A DNA stretch of 62,627 nucleotides from Burkholderiales bacterium (GTDB taxonomy: Bacteria; Pseudomonadota; Gammaproteobacteria; Burkholderiales; SG8-39): the NCBI GenBank assembly GCA_035251315.1, contig DATFEI010000296.1, positions 1 to 62,627 on the forward strand. The letters run 5' to 3'. Each line of letters starts with the position of its first letter. Position 1 is the stretch's first letter. The position numbers were made by a program, and so were the translations under genes. A model generated the notes under the pieces. It saw only the letters and a list, made by a program, of their open reading frames with translations. It searched no databases and was not told the origin of the DNA. Shown in pieces: positions 43,251-53,891 of the stretch.

Positions 43251-43785
43251 TTCCTCGCCGCAGTCGCACAAGGCGCAGGTCCTGCAAAGCTACATGGCCG
43301 GGCGCGGCCTCGCGCATGAATACGCTTGTCCCGCCTTGCCGCCGTTAGCGCACGACGCTCTGCGGGCAGTCGAGCCGTTGCTTTGGAAGAATCCCTGCTT
43401 CGTAGGCTCCTCGCTTGGCGGCTACTACGCGACCCACCTGGCGGAGAAGCACGGGCTCAAGGCGGTGCTCATCAACCCCGCGATCGATCCACATGTCGGC
43501 CTGCGCGCCTTTCTCGGACCGCAGAAGAACCTGCACACGGGCGAGCCGTACGAGCTGACCGAAGCGCACCTTCGTGACTGGGAAAGGCTCTATGTGCCGC
43601 GCATTACGCCTGGCCGCTACTTGTTGATCGTTGAAACCGGCGACGAGGTGCTCGACTACCGGCGGGCGGTCGAGCGCTACGCGGGAGCCGAGCAGGTCGT
43701 GATCCCCGGCGGGGATCACAGCCTGCAGAGCTTTCCGCAACATCTCGAACGCATACTCGAGTTTGCGCGTGCACCTTCTCTATGA
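43225..43785 (+). CDS. yqiA: YqiA/YcfP family alpha/beta hydrolase (esterase)
   Basis: 186 aa. MLVYLHGFNSSPQSHKA and the nucleophile elbow GSSLGG. Confidence 0.8.
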   Translation: MLVYLHGFNSSPQSHKAQVLQSYMAGRGLAHEYACPALPPLAHDALRAVEPLLWKNPCFVGSSLGGYYATHLAEKHGLKAVLINPAIDPHVGLRAFLGPQKNLHTGEPYELTEAHLRDWERLYVPRITPGRYLLIVETGDEVLDYRRAVERYAGAEQVVIPGGDHSLQSFPQHLERILEFARAPSL

Positions 43786-45640
43786 AGAAGATGGCGAGCT
43801 GAAAACCGGCACCGTGCTCGAGCGCTCGCCGGCGTCTTTCCACGTCCGGAGTCCGCACGGCCGCCGGTCGAAAATCAAGGCCGCCAGCGTACTGCTTGCC
43901 TTTGAGCGGCCCGAGCCCGCCGTGCTCCTCGACGAGGCGGAAAGCTTCTCCAGGGGGCTCGAAACCGATTTCCTGTGGGAATGCAGCGGCGCGCGCGAGT
44001 TCGGCTTCGAGGAGCTTGCGCGCGAGTACGTCGGGCGCGAGCCCACGCCGGCGGAGGCGGCGGGGGTGCTGATGAAACTGCATTCGGCCCCGATGTATTT
44101 TTACCGCCGGGGGAGGGGGCGCTTCCAGGCGGCGCCGGAGGCGACGCTCAAGCTCGCGCTCGCCGCAATGGAGAAGAAAAAGCGCATGCAGGAGCAGGTC
44201 GCCGCCTGGGCGGAAGAGCTGGCGGGCGGCCAGTGTCCGGCAGAGGTGGCGGAGTTGAAGGACGAACTCCTCTACGCGCCCAATCGCAACAAGCCACAGA
44301 CCCGGGCGCTGGAGCAGGCTTGCGCGAAGACGGGTTTGTCGGCGGCGCGGGTTTTCGAGCGCTGCGGCCTGCTTTCGGACAGCCACGACTACCACCTCAA
44401 GCGCTTTGTGCACGAGTTCTTCCCGCGCGGCACGGCTTTTCCGCCGCATGAGGTGCCGCGTGCGGGGGAAGACCTGCCGCGCGCGGCGCTCGAGGCCTTC
44501 AGCCTCGACGACATCGGGACCACCGAGATCGACGACGCGTTCTCGGTGCAGCGCACCCCGGCCGGAACCCGCGTCGGCATCCATATCGCGGCGCCGGGGC
44601 TCGGCTTCGCCCCGGGCTCGGCGCTCGACGCCATCGCGCGGGAGCGCCTTTCGACCGCGTACATGCCCGGGCGCAAGTTCACCATGCTGCCCGACGACGT
44701 GATCGAGATGTTCTCGCTCGATCATGGCGGCGAGCTGCCTGCCGTGTCGCTTTACGTGGATCTGGACGCGGACTATGCAGTGCGCGCTCGTCATACCCTC
44801 CTCGAGCGCGTCCCGATCGTCGCGAACCTGCGCCACGCCGAATACGACGTACTCAACGAAGCCTTCGAAAAGGAGGAAACCAAAGGGCTCGCGTTCGAAG
44901 CGGAGCTGAAGACGCTATGGCGGGCCGCGCTCGCGCTGGAGGCGCGCCGCGGGCGGCCCGGCGCCGGGAGTGCAGGGCTCGACTACACCTTTTACGTCGA
45001 GAACGGCCGTGTGCGTATCGTGCCGCGCAAGCGCGGCGCACCGCTCGACAAGCTGGTCGCCGAGATGATGATTCTGGTCAACTCGGCCTGGGGCGAGCTC
45101 CTCGCCGAACGCGACGTAGCCGCCATTTACCGCGTGCAATCGACCGGCAAAGTGCGCTTCGGGGTACATCCCGAGCCGCACGAAGGCCTCGGCCTCAAGT
45201 GCTACGCCTGGATGAGCTCGCCCTTGCGCCGCTACGTCGACCTCGTCAACCAGTGGCAGCTCGCCGCGGCGCTCGCTGGCCGCAAGCCGTTCTTCGCGCG
45301 CAATTCCGACACGCTGCTCGCGGCGCTGCGGGCGTTCGAGGTCACGGCCGCGCGCTACGACGAGCACCAGCGCGCAATGGAGACCTACTGGAGCTTGCGC
45401 TGGCTGCTGCAGGAGACGCGCACGCGGCTTGAAGCTGTGGTGCTGCGCGAGAATCTGGTCCGAGTCCAAGGCCTGCCCCTCGTTACGAGGGTGAGCGCCG
45501 CGCCGACACTCGAACCGGGCACGCTGGTACGCATGGAAGTGACCGGGGTCGATCTGGTGGAGTTGACACTCTCGTGCGCCTACCGCGAAACGCTCGGCAA
45601 AGTGCAGGATGCAACTGAGGACGTGGGCCAAAAAGCCTAG
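43763..45640 (+). CDS. RNB-domain exoribonuclease (RNase II family)
   Basis: 625 aa. Central RNB-like core (TEIDDAFSV, LSTAYMPGRKFTMLP, MSSPLRRYVDLVNQ). Start uncertain (TTG 43763 or GTG 43769). Confidence 0.75.
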   Translation: MRVHLLYEEDGELKTGTVLERSPASFHVRSPHGRRSKIKAASVLLAFERPEPAVLLDEAESFSRGLETDFLWECSGAREFGFEELAREYVGREPTPAEAAGVLMKLHSAPMYFYRRGRGRFQAAPEATLKLALAAMEKKKRMQEQVAAWAEELAGGQCPAEVAELKDELLYAPNRNKPQTRALEQACAKTGLSAARVFERCGLLSDSHDYHLKRFVHEFFPRGTAFPPHEVPRAGEDLPRAALEAFSLDDIGTTEIDDAFSVQRTPAGTRVGIHIAAPGLGFAPGSALDAIARERLSTAYMPGRKFTMLPDDVIEMFSLDHGGELPAVSLYVDLDADYAVRARHTLLERVPIVANLRHAEYDVLNEAFEKEETKGLAFEAELKTLWRAALALEARRGRPGAGSAGLDYTFYVENGRVRIVPRKRGAPLDKLVAEMMILVNSAWGELLAERDVAAIYRVQSTGKVRFGVHPEPHEGLGLKCYAWMSSPLRRYVDLVNQWQLAAALAGRKPFFARNSDTLLAALRAFEVTAARYDEHQRAMETYWSLRWLLQETRTRLEAVVLRENLVRVQGLPLVTRVSAAPTLEPGTLVRMEVTGVDLVELTLSCAYRETLGKVQDATEDVGQKA

Positions 45641-45665
45641 AATATAAAAGGCTTGTCGGACTGAT

Positions 45666-46541
45666 GTGAGAATGCACTTGATATTGCCGAGACAGGACCG
45701 GGTGTTTGGTGCGGCGCTCGGGCTGTCGTTCGCTCTGCACGTGGCGGTGCTCTCGATGCATTTTAAGTTTTCGGAAGGTGTGCGCTGGAAGCAGGAGAGC
45801 GCGCCGCTCGAAGTGGTTCTGGTCAACGCGAGGACCAAGCCGGCCCCGGCCAAGGCCGACGTGCTCGCGCAGGCGAATCTCGACCGCGGGGGAACGGTGG
45901 AACAAAACCGGCGGGCGAAGACTCCGTTGCCGGTCACCGAGCCGCGCAAGCCGGGCAAGGATCTCGCGGACGCGCAGCGCCGCCAGCGCAGCCTCGAGGC
46001 GCGCCAGCAGGAGCTGCTGGCGCATACGCGATCGGCGCAGAGCACTATCCCCGCCGAGCCGCTGCGCGAGGAAGGCATCGAAGAGCGCGGTGCGCAGCCG
46101 AGCGGGCGCGACCTTGCGGACCTGACCCTCGCCGCGATGCGGCTGCAGGCCCAAATCGATCGGCAAATCCAAGAATACCAAAAGCGGCCGCGCAAGCAGT
46201 TCATCGGCGCGAATGCCGCGGAGTACCGTTTCGCGCAATACGAGGAGGAGTGGCGGGTCAAGATCGAGCGCGTGGGAACGCTGAACTACCCGGCCGAGGC
46301 GCGCGGCAAGATCTACGGCCACCTGCGGCTCACCGTGACCATCCGCCCAGACGGCAGCGTGGACTCGATAGAGCTCGATCGCTCTTCCGGCCTCGACGTG
46401 CTCGATGCCGCGGCATTCAAGATCGTGCGCATGGCGACGCCGTTCGCGGCCTTCCCGCCCGACATCCGCCGCGACACCGACCTGTTGGTCATCACCCGAA
46501 CTTGGTTCTTCGGCCACGGCGACAAGATCTGGACTGAGTAG
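45666..46541 (+). CDS. TonB-family C-terminal domain protein
   Basis: 291 aa. N-terminal TM (VFGAALGLSFALHVAVLSM), a charged linker, and a C-terminal TonB fold (YPAEARGKIYGHLRLTVTIRPDGSV...SSGLDVLDAAAFKIV). Confidence 0.65.
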   Translation: MRMHLILPRQDRVFGAALGLSFALHVAVLSMHFKFSEGVRWKQESAPLEVVLVNARTKPAPAKADVLAQANLDRGGTVEQNRRAKTPLPVTEPRKPGKDLADAQRRQRSLEARQQELLAHTRSAQSTIPAEPLREEGIEERGAQPSGRDLADLTLAAMRLQAQIDRQIQEYQKRPRKQFIGANAAEYRFAQYEEEWRVKIERVGTLNYPAEARGKIYGHLRLTVTIRPDGSVDSIELDRSSGLDVLDAAAFKIVRMATPFAAFPPDIRRDTDLLVITRTWFFGHGDKIWTE

Positions 46542-46545
46542 CAAG

Positions 46546-47340
46546 ATGAGCGACCGGTACGCGGTCATCGGCAACCCGGTCGTGCATTCCAAATCCCCCG
46601 CAATCCACGCCGAGTTCGCGCGCGCCACCGGCGAGGAGATCCAATACGGCCGCATCGAGGCAGCGCTCGACGCTTTTGCCTCCGAGGCCGAGCGTTTTCG
46701 CGCTGCAGGCGGCAAGGGCCTCAACGTCACCCTGCCGTTCAAGTACGAGGCCTACGGGTTGTGCACCCACCACAGCGAGCGCGCGCTCAGCGCGCAGGCC
46801 GTGAACACAATTCGCTTCGCCGATTCGTTCGGCGACAACACCGACGGAATTGGCCTGGTGCGCGACATTACGCAGAATCTGCAATACGACTTGAACCGGC
46901 GGAGCATCCTTCTTCTGGGTGCAGGCGGGGCGGCGCAGGGCGTGCTCGGCGCGCTGCTGGAGGCCGGAGCCGCTCGGCTCGTGGTCGCAAACCGCACCGA
47001 GTCGAAGGCGAAAACGCTCGCCGCGCGCTTCCCTGGCGTTTTGGCATGCGGCTACGATGCGCTGGCGGGCGAGCGTTTCGACGTCGTGATCAACGCGACT
47101 GCCGCCGGCCTCACTGGTGCGAGCCCTGCGCTGCCGGGGGGCCTTCTCGGGGATTCGATTCTCGCGTATGACATGGTGTACGGGCGCGACACGCCGTTCC
47201 TCGCTGCGGCGCGTAAGGCGGGCGCCCGCGCCCATGACGGCTTAGGTATGCTAGTCGAGCAGGCCGCCGAGTCGTTCTTTGTCTGGCGCGGCGTGCGCCC
47301 CGCGACGCGCCCCGTGCTGGCAAAGCTGCGTGCCTCGTAG
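46546..47340 (+). CDS. aroE: Shikimate dehydrogenase
   Basis: Trimmed to MSDRYAVIGNPVVHSKSPAIHAEF. NVTLPFK, NTDGIG, LLGAGGAAQGV. Confidence 0.9.
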   Translation: MSDRYAVIGNPVVHSKSPAIHAEFARATGEEIQYGRIEAALDAFASEAERFRAAGGKGLNVTLPFKYEAYGLCTHHSERALSAQAVNTIRFADSFGDNTDGIGLVRDITQNLQYDLNRRSILLLGAGGAAQGVLGALLEAGAARLVVANRTESKAKTLAARFPGVLACGYDALAGERFDVVINATAAGLTGASPALPGGLLGDSILAYDMVYGRDTPFLAAARKAGARAHDGLGMLVEQAAESFFVWRGVRPATRPVLAKLRAS

Positions 47341-48034
47341 GCGCTTTCGCATCCTGCTCGTCGCGTGGAAGGCATTTTGCTACACGATCGGCACGCTGGT
47401 GGTCGCCGTGCTGGCGATCCAGCTCTGGTTTTTCGGACACCTTGTCTATTGGTCGCACGCCAATCCTTCCTCGACCGCGTTCATCGACCGCTACATGGAA
47501 AAGCCGGGCGCGCGGCTGCGCCATACCTGGGTCCCCTACAGCCGCATCTCGGAACATCTGAAGCGCGCGGTGGTCGCCGCCGAGGATGCGAAGTTCCTCG
47601 ATCACGAGGGGTTTGACTGGGAAGCCATTCAGGAAGCCATGCGCAAGAACGAAAAGCGCGGCAAGGTCACCGCCGGCGCTTCCACCATCAGCCAGCAGCT
47701 CGCGAAGAACCTGTTTCTCTCCGGCAGCCGCTCGTGGCCGCGCAAGGCGCAGGAAGCGCTAATCACCTGGATGATGGAGCGAACGCTCTCCAAGCGGCGC
47801 ATCCTGGAGATTTACTTGAACGTGGCCGAGTGGGGCGAGGGCGTTTTCGGCGCCGAGGCGGCGGCGCGCCAGCATTTCGGCGTGCCGGCCGCGGCGCTCA
47901 GCGTGGAGCAGGCCGCCTGGCTCGCGGCGATTCTGCCGAGTCCGCGGCGCTACGACCGCGGGCGTGAAACGCCGTATATCGCCGGCCGCATGGCGACCAT
48001 CTCGGCGCGCATGGGCGCCGCGCAGATACCTTGA
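47279..48034 (+). CDS. mtgA: Monofunctional biosynthetic peptidoglycan transglycosylase
   Basis: GT51 motifs EDAKFLDHEGFDWEAI, GASTISQQLAKNLFL and RKAQEALIT. The ATG at 47279 overlaps aroE by 62 nt. The only downstream alternative before the TM segment is CTG at 47354. Confidence 0.85.
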   Translation: MSGAACAPRRAPCWQSCVPRRRFRILLVAWKAFCYTIGTLVVAVLAIQLWFFGHLVYWSHANPSSTAFIDRYMEKPGARLRHTWVPYSRISEHLKRAVVAAEDAKFLDHEGFDWEAIQEAMRKNEKRGKVTAGASTISQQLAKNLFLSGSRSWPRKAQEALITWMMERTLSKRRILEIYLNVAEWGEGVFGAEAAARQHFGVPAAALSVEQAAWLAAILPSPRRYDRGRETPYIAGRMATISARMGAAQIP

Positions 48035-48044
48035 CCGAGTCGCC

Positions 48045-49487
48045 GTGAACGACGCGCCGGCGCGGCTCGAAGTCGAGGATCTGCAGTACAACCTGCGCGA
48101 AGTGCAGGCATTGCTGCAGAAGCAGAAGATGCTCGAAGGCCTGCTCGAGGGCGAGCAGATGCCCAGGCAGGACCAGATCGAGAGGCTGGCGCAAAAGCGG
48201 CACCTCGCCGAGCTGCGCGCCAAGCTGGACCGGCTGCACCCGGCCGATATCGCCTACATCCTCGAGGCGCTGCCGCTGGAGGAGCGGCTCGCCATGTGGG
48301 ACCTCGTCAAGGCGGACCGCGACGGCGAGATCCTGGTCGAAGTTTCCGATGCAGTGCGCGAATCGCTCATCGAGGCAATGGATTCGCGCGAGCTGGTGGC
48401 CGCCGCCGAGACGCTCGAGACGGACGAGCTCGCGGACATCGCCCCGGACCTGCCGCACAGCGTCATGGCGGAGGTCGTGCAGGCGCTTCCCGTCGAGGAG
48501 CGCGAGCGGCTGCGCGCGGCGCTGTCCTTTTCCGAGGGCACGGTCGGCGCGCTTATGGACTTCGAGCACGTCGCCGTGCGGGAGGACGTCACGCTGGAAG
48601 CGGTCACCCGATATCTCAGACGACTGGACGAGCTGCCCGATCACACCGACCAGCTGTTCGTGGTCGACCGCGACCAGGTGCTGAAAGGCACGCTGCCGCT
48701 CGCGCGCCTGATCGTCGCCGACCTGGAGCATGAGGTGAGGCAGGTCGTGGTCGCTGAACGCGTCAAGCTCTACGCGCACGATCGCGCCGAGGACGCGGCG
48801 AGCGCCTTCGAGCGCTATGACCTCGTCTCCGCGCCGGTGGTCGATGCGACCGAGCGTCTGATCGGCAGGCTGACGGTGGACGCGGTGGTCGACTACATCC
48901 GCGAGAGCAGTGCGGAGTCGCAGCTGGCCGAGGCTGGCCTGCAGCACGAGGAGGACGTGTTTGCGCCGGTTCTCGACAGCTTCAAGAACCGCTGGTCCTG
49001 GCTCGCGATCAACCTGGTCACCGCATTCATCGCTTCGCGGGTCATCGGCGTGTTCGAGGATTCCATCGCGGAGCTTGCGGCGCTCGCGGCGCTGATGCCG
49101 ATCGTCGCGGGCATCGGCGGCAATTCGGGCAACCAGACGAGCACGATGATCGTGCGCGCGCTCGCCCTTCGACAAATCCAGGGCGGCTACTGGAGCAAGC
49201 TGCTGGCGAAGGAAATGGGCGTTGCGCTGCTGAACGGCGCGGTGTGGGGCACGCTCCTCGGCGCGATCGCCTATGCGTTGTACGGCAATGTCGCGCTGAG
49301 CGGGGTGCTGGCCCTCGCCATGATGCTGAACCTCGTGCTCGCCGCGCTTGTGGGCGTGGCGATTCCATGGGTGCGCGCGCGGTGGGGGCGCGATCCGGCG
49401 GCCGGCTCCTCAGTGCTGATCACCGGCTGCACCGATTCGGGCGGCTTTTTCATCTTCCTTGGCCTAGCCACGCTCTTCCTTGTTTAA
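48045..49487 (+). CDS. mgtE: Magnesium transporter MgtE
   Basis: Trimmed to the GTG at 48045, just after the mtgA stop. N-domain, CBS pair and C-terminal TM domain (PIVAGIGGNSGNQTSTM, DSGGFFIFLGLA). Confidence 0.9.
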   Translation: MNDAPARLEVEDLQYNLREVQALLQKQKMLEGLLEGEQMPRQDQIERLAQKRHLAELRAKLDRLHPADIAYILEALPLEERLAMWDLVKADRDGEILVEVSDAVRESLIEAMDSRELVAAAETLETDELADIAPDLPHSVMAEVVQALPVEERERLRAALSFSEGTVGALMDFEHVAVREDVTLEAVTRYLRRLDELPDHTDQLFVVDRDQVLKGTLPLARLIVADLEHEVRQVVVAERVKLYAHDRAEDAASAFERYDLVSAPVVDATERLIGRLTVDAVVDYIRESSAESQLAEAGLQHEEDVFAPVLDSFKNRWSWLAINLVTAFIASRVIGVFEDSIAELAALAALMPIVAGIGGNSGNQTSTMIVRALALRQIQGGYWSKLLAKEMGVALLNGAVWGTLLGAIAYALYGNVALSGVLALAMMLNLVLAALVGVAIPWVRARWGRDPAAGSSVLITGCTDSGGFFIFLGLATLFLV

Positions 49488-50001
49488 GGGCGTAGTCGAA
49501 GAGCGCGACACGCTGCGCGAAGACCTCGCCGAAATGGCTCGAAGCGTCGGCGGGCGGGAGCGTGAGCCACGCATCGGCCTCGCCAGAATCGACTACTATA
49601 TGCATGCCTTGCGTGCGGGCGAGGTGCATCATCGCCGCGTTCTCCGTCAGGCAATGCATGAAGAGCCCGCGCACGCCCCAGTTGCGGGCGCGCAGGTGCG
49701 CACGGGCAAGTAGCGCCCCGCCGATTCCGCACCCGCGATTCGCCGGAAGCACGGATACGCCGAGCTCGGCGTGGCCGTTGGCGCGTGCCACGTGCGCCGC
49801 TCCGACGAGGTGCAGCGCGTCGTCATACACGCCGAACGCCGCGTCGCGCTCGAAATCGATGCGCGCGACGTAGGCGCGCACTGCGTCGTCATTCAGCGGC
49901 GCACCAAATCGGAGCCTGCGGTCGTCGCCGTGGAGTGCAAGAAGATGCGGCTCGAGCGCTGCGCGCTCGAGCCCGGACAGCTCCCTTATCGGAATATTCA
50001 T
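49450..50001 (-). CDS. GNAT-family N-acetyltransferase (putative)
   Basis: Trimmed to MNIPIRELS (183 aa). LPANRGCGIGGALLARA resembles the acetyl-CoA-binding motif A. The 3' end overlaps the mgtE 3' end by 38 nt. Confidence 0.55.
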   Translation of the reverse strand: MNIPIRELSGLERAALEPHLLALHGDDRRLRFGAPLNDDAVRAYVARIDFERDAAFGVYDDALHLVGAAHVARANGHAELGVSVLPANRGCGIGGALLARAHLRARNWGVRGLFMHCLTENAAMMHLARTQGMHIVVDSGEADAWLTLPPADASSHFGEVFAQRVALFDYALKQGRAWLGQGR

Positions 50002-50053
50002 TGCGGCTTGCGCTTTAGACCGCGCAAACGACGCTAGGTTTACGCCAGTTGTG

Positions 50054-51334
50054 TTAAGAAAATCTGGCGAATGCCGCCCGTGCAGCCGCGAGCGTAGCGT
50101 CGATCTCGGCCGTGCTGTGTGCGGCCGACACGAATCCCGCCTCGTACGCGGACGGCGCGAGATATACCCCTTGCGCGAGCATCTCATGAAAGAAGCGATT
50201 GAAGCGCGCACGGTCGCATTGCATCACTTCGGCGAAGCTCGTCGGCGGGACCGCCCGGAAGTAGACACCGAACATGCTGCCGATCGACTGCGCGCAAAAA
50301 ACGATTCCCGCTTTCTTCGCTTCTACAGAGAGGCCATGCACCAATTCAGAGGTGGTGCGCTGCACCTTCTCGTGAAACCCCTCTTGCGTAACGAGCCTCA
50401 CGGTGGCGAGGCCCGCCGCCACGGCGATTGGGTTGCCGGAGAGAGTCCCTGCCTGATAGACCGGTCCGAGCGGCGCGATTCTCTCCATGATGTCGCGCCG
50501 GCCGCCCACGGCGGCGAGCGGCAGTCCGCCGCCGATCACCTTGCCGAGCGTGGTGAGATCCGGTCGGATGCGAAAGCGCTGTTGCGCGCCGCCAGCCGCA
50601 ACGCGAAATCCGGTCATCACTTCGTCGAAGATCAGCACCGCGCCGTGGCGCGTGCACGCTTCGCGGAGCGCCTCCAGGAAGCCGGGCGCCGGAAGCACCA
50701 GATTCATGTTGCCTGCGACCGGCTCGACGATCATCGCCGCGATTTCCTGGCCTTTTTCTGCGAAAAGGTTCTGGACCTGAGAGACGTCGTTGTAGTCCAG
50801 CACCACCGTCTGCGCCGCGACCTGTGCGGGCACGCCGGCAGAGCTCGGGTTGCCGAAGGTCAGGGCGCCCGAGCCCGCCTTGACGAGAAGCGTGTCGGCG
50901 TGGCCGTGATAGCAGCCCTCGAACTTCACGATGAGGCTGCGGCCGGTGAAGCCGCGCGCGAGCCTCAAGGCGGTCATGGTCGCTTCGGTTCCTGACGACA
51001 CCAGCCGCACCAGCTCGAGCGAAGGCAGCTCGCGGCAAAGCAGCGCAGCCAGCTCGATTTCAGCCTCGGTCGGCGCTCCGAACGAGAGTGCTCGCGACGC
51101 GGCTTCCTGCACCGCCTCGACCACCGCGGGATGGCCGTGGCCGGCGAGCATTGGTCCCCACGAGCCGACATAGTCGATGTAGCGCTTGCCGTCCACGTCC
51201 CACAGGTAAGGGCCCGAGGCGCGCTCGAAGAATACGGGCGTCCCGCCGACTGCCTGGAACGCGCGAACCGGCGAGTTGACGCCGCCAGGAATGCGCGCCT
51301 TGGCGCGCTCGAAGAGGTCCTTGCTTCTAGTCAT
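50054..51334 (-). CDS. hemL: Glutamate-1-semialdehyde 2,1-aminomutase
   Basis: Trimmed to [26 protein letters not shown] (426 aa). ATGA overlap with the thiE stop. PLP-lysine region [12 protein letters not shown]. Confidence 0.95.
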   Translation of the reverse strand: MTRSKDLFERAKARIPGGVNSPVRAFQAVGGTPVFFERASGPYLWDVDGKRYIDYVGSWGPMLAGHGHPAVVEAVQEAASRALSFGAPTEAEIELAALLCRELPSLELVRLVSSGTEATMTALRLARGFTGRSLIVKFEGCYHGHADTLLVKAGSGALTFGNPSSAGVPAQVAAQTVVLDYNDVSQVQNLFAEKGQEIAAMIVEPVAGNMNLVLPAPGFLEALREACTRHGAVLIFDEVMTGFRVAAGGAQQRFRIRPDLTTLGKVIGGGLPLAAVGGRRDIMERIAPLGPVYQAGTLSGNPIAVAAGLATVRLVTQEGFHEKVQRTTSELVHGLSVEAKKAGIVFCAQSIGSMFGVYFRAVPPTSFAEVMQCDRARFNRFFHEMLAQGVYLAPSAYEAGFVSAAHSTAEIDATLAAARAAFARFS

Positions 51335-51930
51335 GAGAAGATCTTGCGGTATTGGCTGGCCCGCGCGCCGATGTCGGGCGCGTCGAAGATGTCGCTGATG
51401 AGGGCGAGGAGACTCGCGCCGGCCGCGATCACTGCCGGCGCGTTCTCGAGGGTGATGCCCCCGATCGCACAAAGCGGCACGCCGAGGTCGTGGCCGAAAA
51501 GCGAAAGCGGAGCGCGCTTCGCATCGGGCTTGGTAGGCGAGGGGAAGACGGCCCCGAAAGCAACGTAGTCGGCGCCCAAGCGCACTGCGGTCCGGGCGTT
51601 TTCCAGGCTGTCGTAGCACGACGCCCCGAGTATCTTTCCGGCCAGCTTGACCCGCGCGGCGGCAAGATCGCCGTCGTCCTCGCCGAGGTGCGCGCCGCTC
51701 GCGCCTACTGCGAGGGCGATCTCCACGTCGTCGTTCACGATGAGCGGTACGCCATAGCCGCGCGCGAGCGGAGCGAGCTCCTTCGCCTGCAGCAGGCGCT
51801 TATCCTTGGAGATCGACTTGTTGCGGTACTGCAGCATCGCGACTCCTGCCCGGAGCGCCTCCTCTACCTTACGCAGCAGTGCGTCGGTGTCGGCCGTGTT
51901 CGGAGTAATAGGGTAGAGCCCGCGCATCAT
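51331..51930 (-). CDS. thiE: Thiamine-phosphate synthase
   Basis: Trimmed to [10 protein letters not shown], whose ATG overlaps the thiD stop. LQYRNK, LIVNDD, GASCY, ALISDIF. Confidence 0.9.
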   Translation of the reverse strand: MMRGLYPITPNTADTDALLRKVEEALRAGVAMLQYRNKSISKDKRLLQAKELAPLARGYGVPLIVNDDVEIALAVGASGAHLGEDDGDLAAARVKLAGKILGASCYDSLENARTAVRLGADYVAFGAVFPSPTKPDAKRAPLSLFGHDLGVPLCAIGGITLENAPAVIAAGASLLALISDIFDAPDIGARASQYRKIFS

Positions 51931-52676
51931 CTTGGAAAGAACCGGTTGGGCAGCCACTGCCCGGCGCCGCTGCGAAAACCTGCTGCCAGCGCGCGCCAGG
52001 TAAATTCTTGTGCCTCACGCACCGCCTCGGAGACGGCGCGCCCCTTCGCGAGCTGCGCCGCGATCGCGGAGGCGAGCGTGCAGCCCGAGCCATGAAAGAG
52101 CTCCGGAAGTCGCTGCCAGCGGTCCTCGCGTACGAGGCCCCCCGGGCCGTAGAGCTTGTTGGTCACTTCCGCGCTTGGTTCATGCGTTCCCGTAACGAGC
52201 ACGTAACGGCAGCCGCGCTCGAGCAGATGCTCCACACCGCCAAGGCGCTGCGCCTCCACCGTGTTCGGCGTGACCACGATGGCGCGCGGGACAAGCCATT
52301 CCAGCAAAGCGGCTTGGACAGCGTTACTCGCCAATTCGTCGCCGCGGCCAGAGGCGAGCACCGGGTCGAGTACGAGCGGCACATGCGCATGCGCGGCCGC
52401 CACCTGAGCCACGGCACGCGCGTTGTCTGCGGACGCCAGCACGCCTACCTTGAACGCTGCAACTTTGCTTTCGGCGAGCACGCGGTTCGCCTGGCGCGTC
52501 ACGAGCTCTTCCGCAATCGGTTCCAAGTGGTCGACACCGCGTGTGTCCTGGACAGTGAGCCCCGTGAGAACTGACAGCGGATGGCAGCCCAGGGCGGCGA
52601 GGGTGAGAACATCGGCTTGCAGCCCGGCGCCGCCGGTGGGATCGGACGCCGCGAACGTCAGCACTATCGGGGGCAT
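51927..52676 (-). CDS. thiD: Hydroxymethylpyrimidine/phosphomethylpyrimidine kinase
   Basis: 249 aa. LTFAASDPTGGAGLQADV, KVGVLAS, HGSGCTLASAIAA. Confidence 0.85.
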   Translation of the reverse strand: MPPIVLTFAASDPTGGAGLQADVLTLAALGCHPLSVLTGLTVQDTRGVDHLEPIAEELVTRQANRVLAESKVAAFKVGVLASADNARAVAQVAAAHAHVPLVLDPVLASGRGDELASNAVQAALLEWLVPRAIVVTPNTVEAQRLGGVEHLLERGCRYVLVTGTHEPSAEVTNKLYGPGGLVREDRWQRLPELFHGSGCTLASAIAAQLAKGRAVSEAVREAQEFTWRALAAGFRSGAGQWLPNRFFPR

Positions 52677-52699
52677 GGGTTAATATCCGGCTCGATTTT

Positions 52700-52888
52700 A
52701 TGAGCACCGAGAGCCAAGTACAGTTCAGAACGTGGATGTGCCTTATCTGCGGTTTTGTGTATGACGAGGCCGCGGGCCTGCCCGACGAAGGCATCGCACC
52801 GGGCACGCGCTGGGAAGATGTGCCGATGAACTGGACCTGCCCCGAGTGCGGCGCACGCAAGGAAGATTTCGAGATGGTCGAGCTCTGA
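52700..52888 (+). CDS. Rubredoxin
   Basis: 62 aa. WMCLICGFVYDE ... WTCPECGARKEDF (two CxxCG knuckles). Confidence 0.9.
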   Translation: MSTESQVQFRTWMCLICGFVYDEAAGLPDEGIAPGTRWEDVPMNWTCPECGARKEDFEMVEL

Positions 52889-52936
52889 GGCGCAACCTTT
52901 CGGCGCGGGCGGCGCTCTAAGCCCTTTGCCAGTAGA

Positions 52937-53512
52937 ATGAGGCTCGGGCGGATGTCCTCGATCAACCTGACGCATCACTTCCTGATCGCCATGCCCAACA
53001 TGGCCGATCCGTACTTTTCCAAGACGCTCACCTACATCTGCGAGCACAACGACCAGGGCGCGCTGGGCCTGGTCGTGAACCGGCCGATCGACATGACGCT
53101 TCAGGCCCTGTTCGAGCGCCTTTCGCTCACCCTGCGCGACGCCAACCGCAAGGACGCGCCGATCTACTTTGGCGGGCCGGTGCAGACTGACCGCGGCTTC
53201 GTGCTGCATGAGCCGGCGGGCAACTGGCAGTCGACGCTGCGCGTGCGCGACGCAATCGGGCTCACCACGTCCAAGGACATTCTCGAAGCGGTGGGGCGCG
53301 GCGAGGGGCCGGCGCGCCTGCTGGTCACGCTCGGCTACGCCGGCTGGTCGCCGGGTCAGCTTGAGCACGAGCTGTCGCAGAACGCCTGGCTCACCGTGGA
53401 AGCGCGCGATGGGATTATTTTCGACACCCCGGCAGAAGAGCGCCTGCCGGCAGCGATGGAACTCCTCGGTCTCGACTACGCGAGGCTTCAGGACGCGGCG
53501 GGACATGCCTGA
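52937..53512 (+). CDS. yqgE: YqgE/AlgH family protein (UPF0301)
   Basis: [38 protein letters not shown]. Alternative start ATG at 52952, preceded by TAGAAT. Confidence 0.85.
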   Translation: MRLGRMSSINLTHHFLIAMPNMADPYFSKTLTYICEHNDQGALGLVVNRPIDMTLQALFERLSLTLRDANRKDAPIYFGGPVQTDRGFVLHEPAGNWQSTLRVRDAIGLTTSKDILEAVGRGEGPARLLVTLGYAGWSPGQLEHELSQNAWLTVEARDGIIFDTPAEERLPAAMELLGLDYARLQDAAGHA

Positions 53513-53891
53513 GCGAGGCACTGTCCTCGCTTTCGACTTCGGGCTTACGCGTATTGGGGTGGCGGTGGGGGAGCCGGAAATCGGCACGGCCCATCCACTG
53601 CCCGCGGTCTCGAGTTTCTCCCAGATCCAGAGGTTGGTGGAGGAATGGAAGCCGAGCAACCTGGTCGTGGGTCGACCGACTTCGACCAACGGCGAGCCGC
53701 ACACGATGACCCGCCAGGCGGAGGATTTCGCCCGACGCCTGGAACGGCGCTTCAAGCTGCCGGTGGCGCGCGTGGACGAGCGCTACACGTCGGTAGAGGC
53801 CGAACACCGTTTGCGTGGCGTGAAAAGGAAGGCCGTCGATTCGGTCGCGGCGCAGCTCATACTCGAGCAGTATTTTGATGAAGCTGCCTGA
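53505..53891 (+). CDS. ruvX: Holliday-junction-resolvase-like nuclease RuvX (YqgF)
   Basis: Trimmed to [23 protein letters not shown] (128 aa). Overlaps the yqgE stop by 8 nt. Confidence 0.9.
   Translation: MPERGTVLAFDFGLTRIGVAVGEPEIGTAHPLPAVSSFSQIQRLVEEWKPSNLVVGRPTSTNGEPHTMTRQAEDFARRLERRFKLPVARVDERYTSVEAEHRLRGVKRKAVDSVAAQLILEQYFDEAA

Noticed and set aside
43604-49175. Minus-strand ORFs of 410-448 aa (43604-44836, 44915-46261, 45483-46742, 47898-49175) opposite the RNB ribonuclease, TonB-like, aroE, mtgA and mgtE genes.
   Set aside because: Same reasoning: antisense shadows of well-supported genes, with low-complexity translations.
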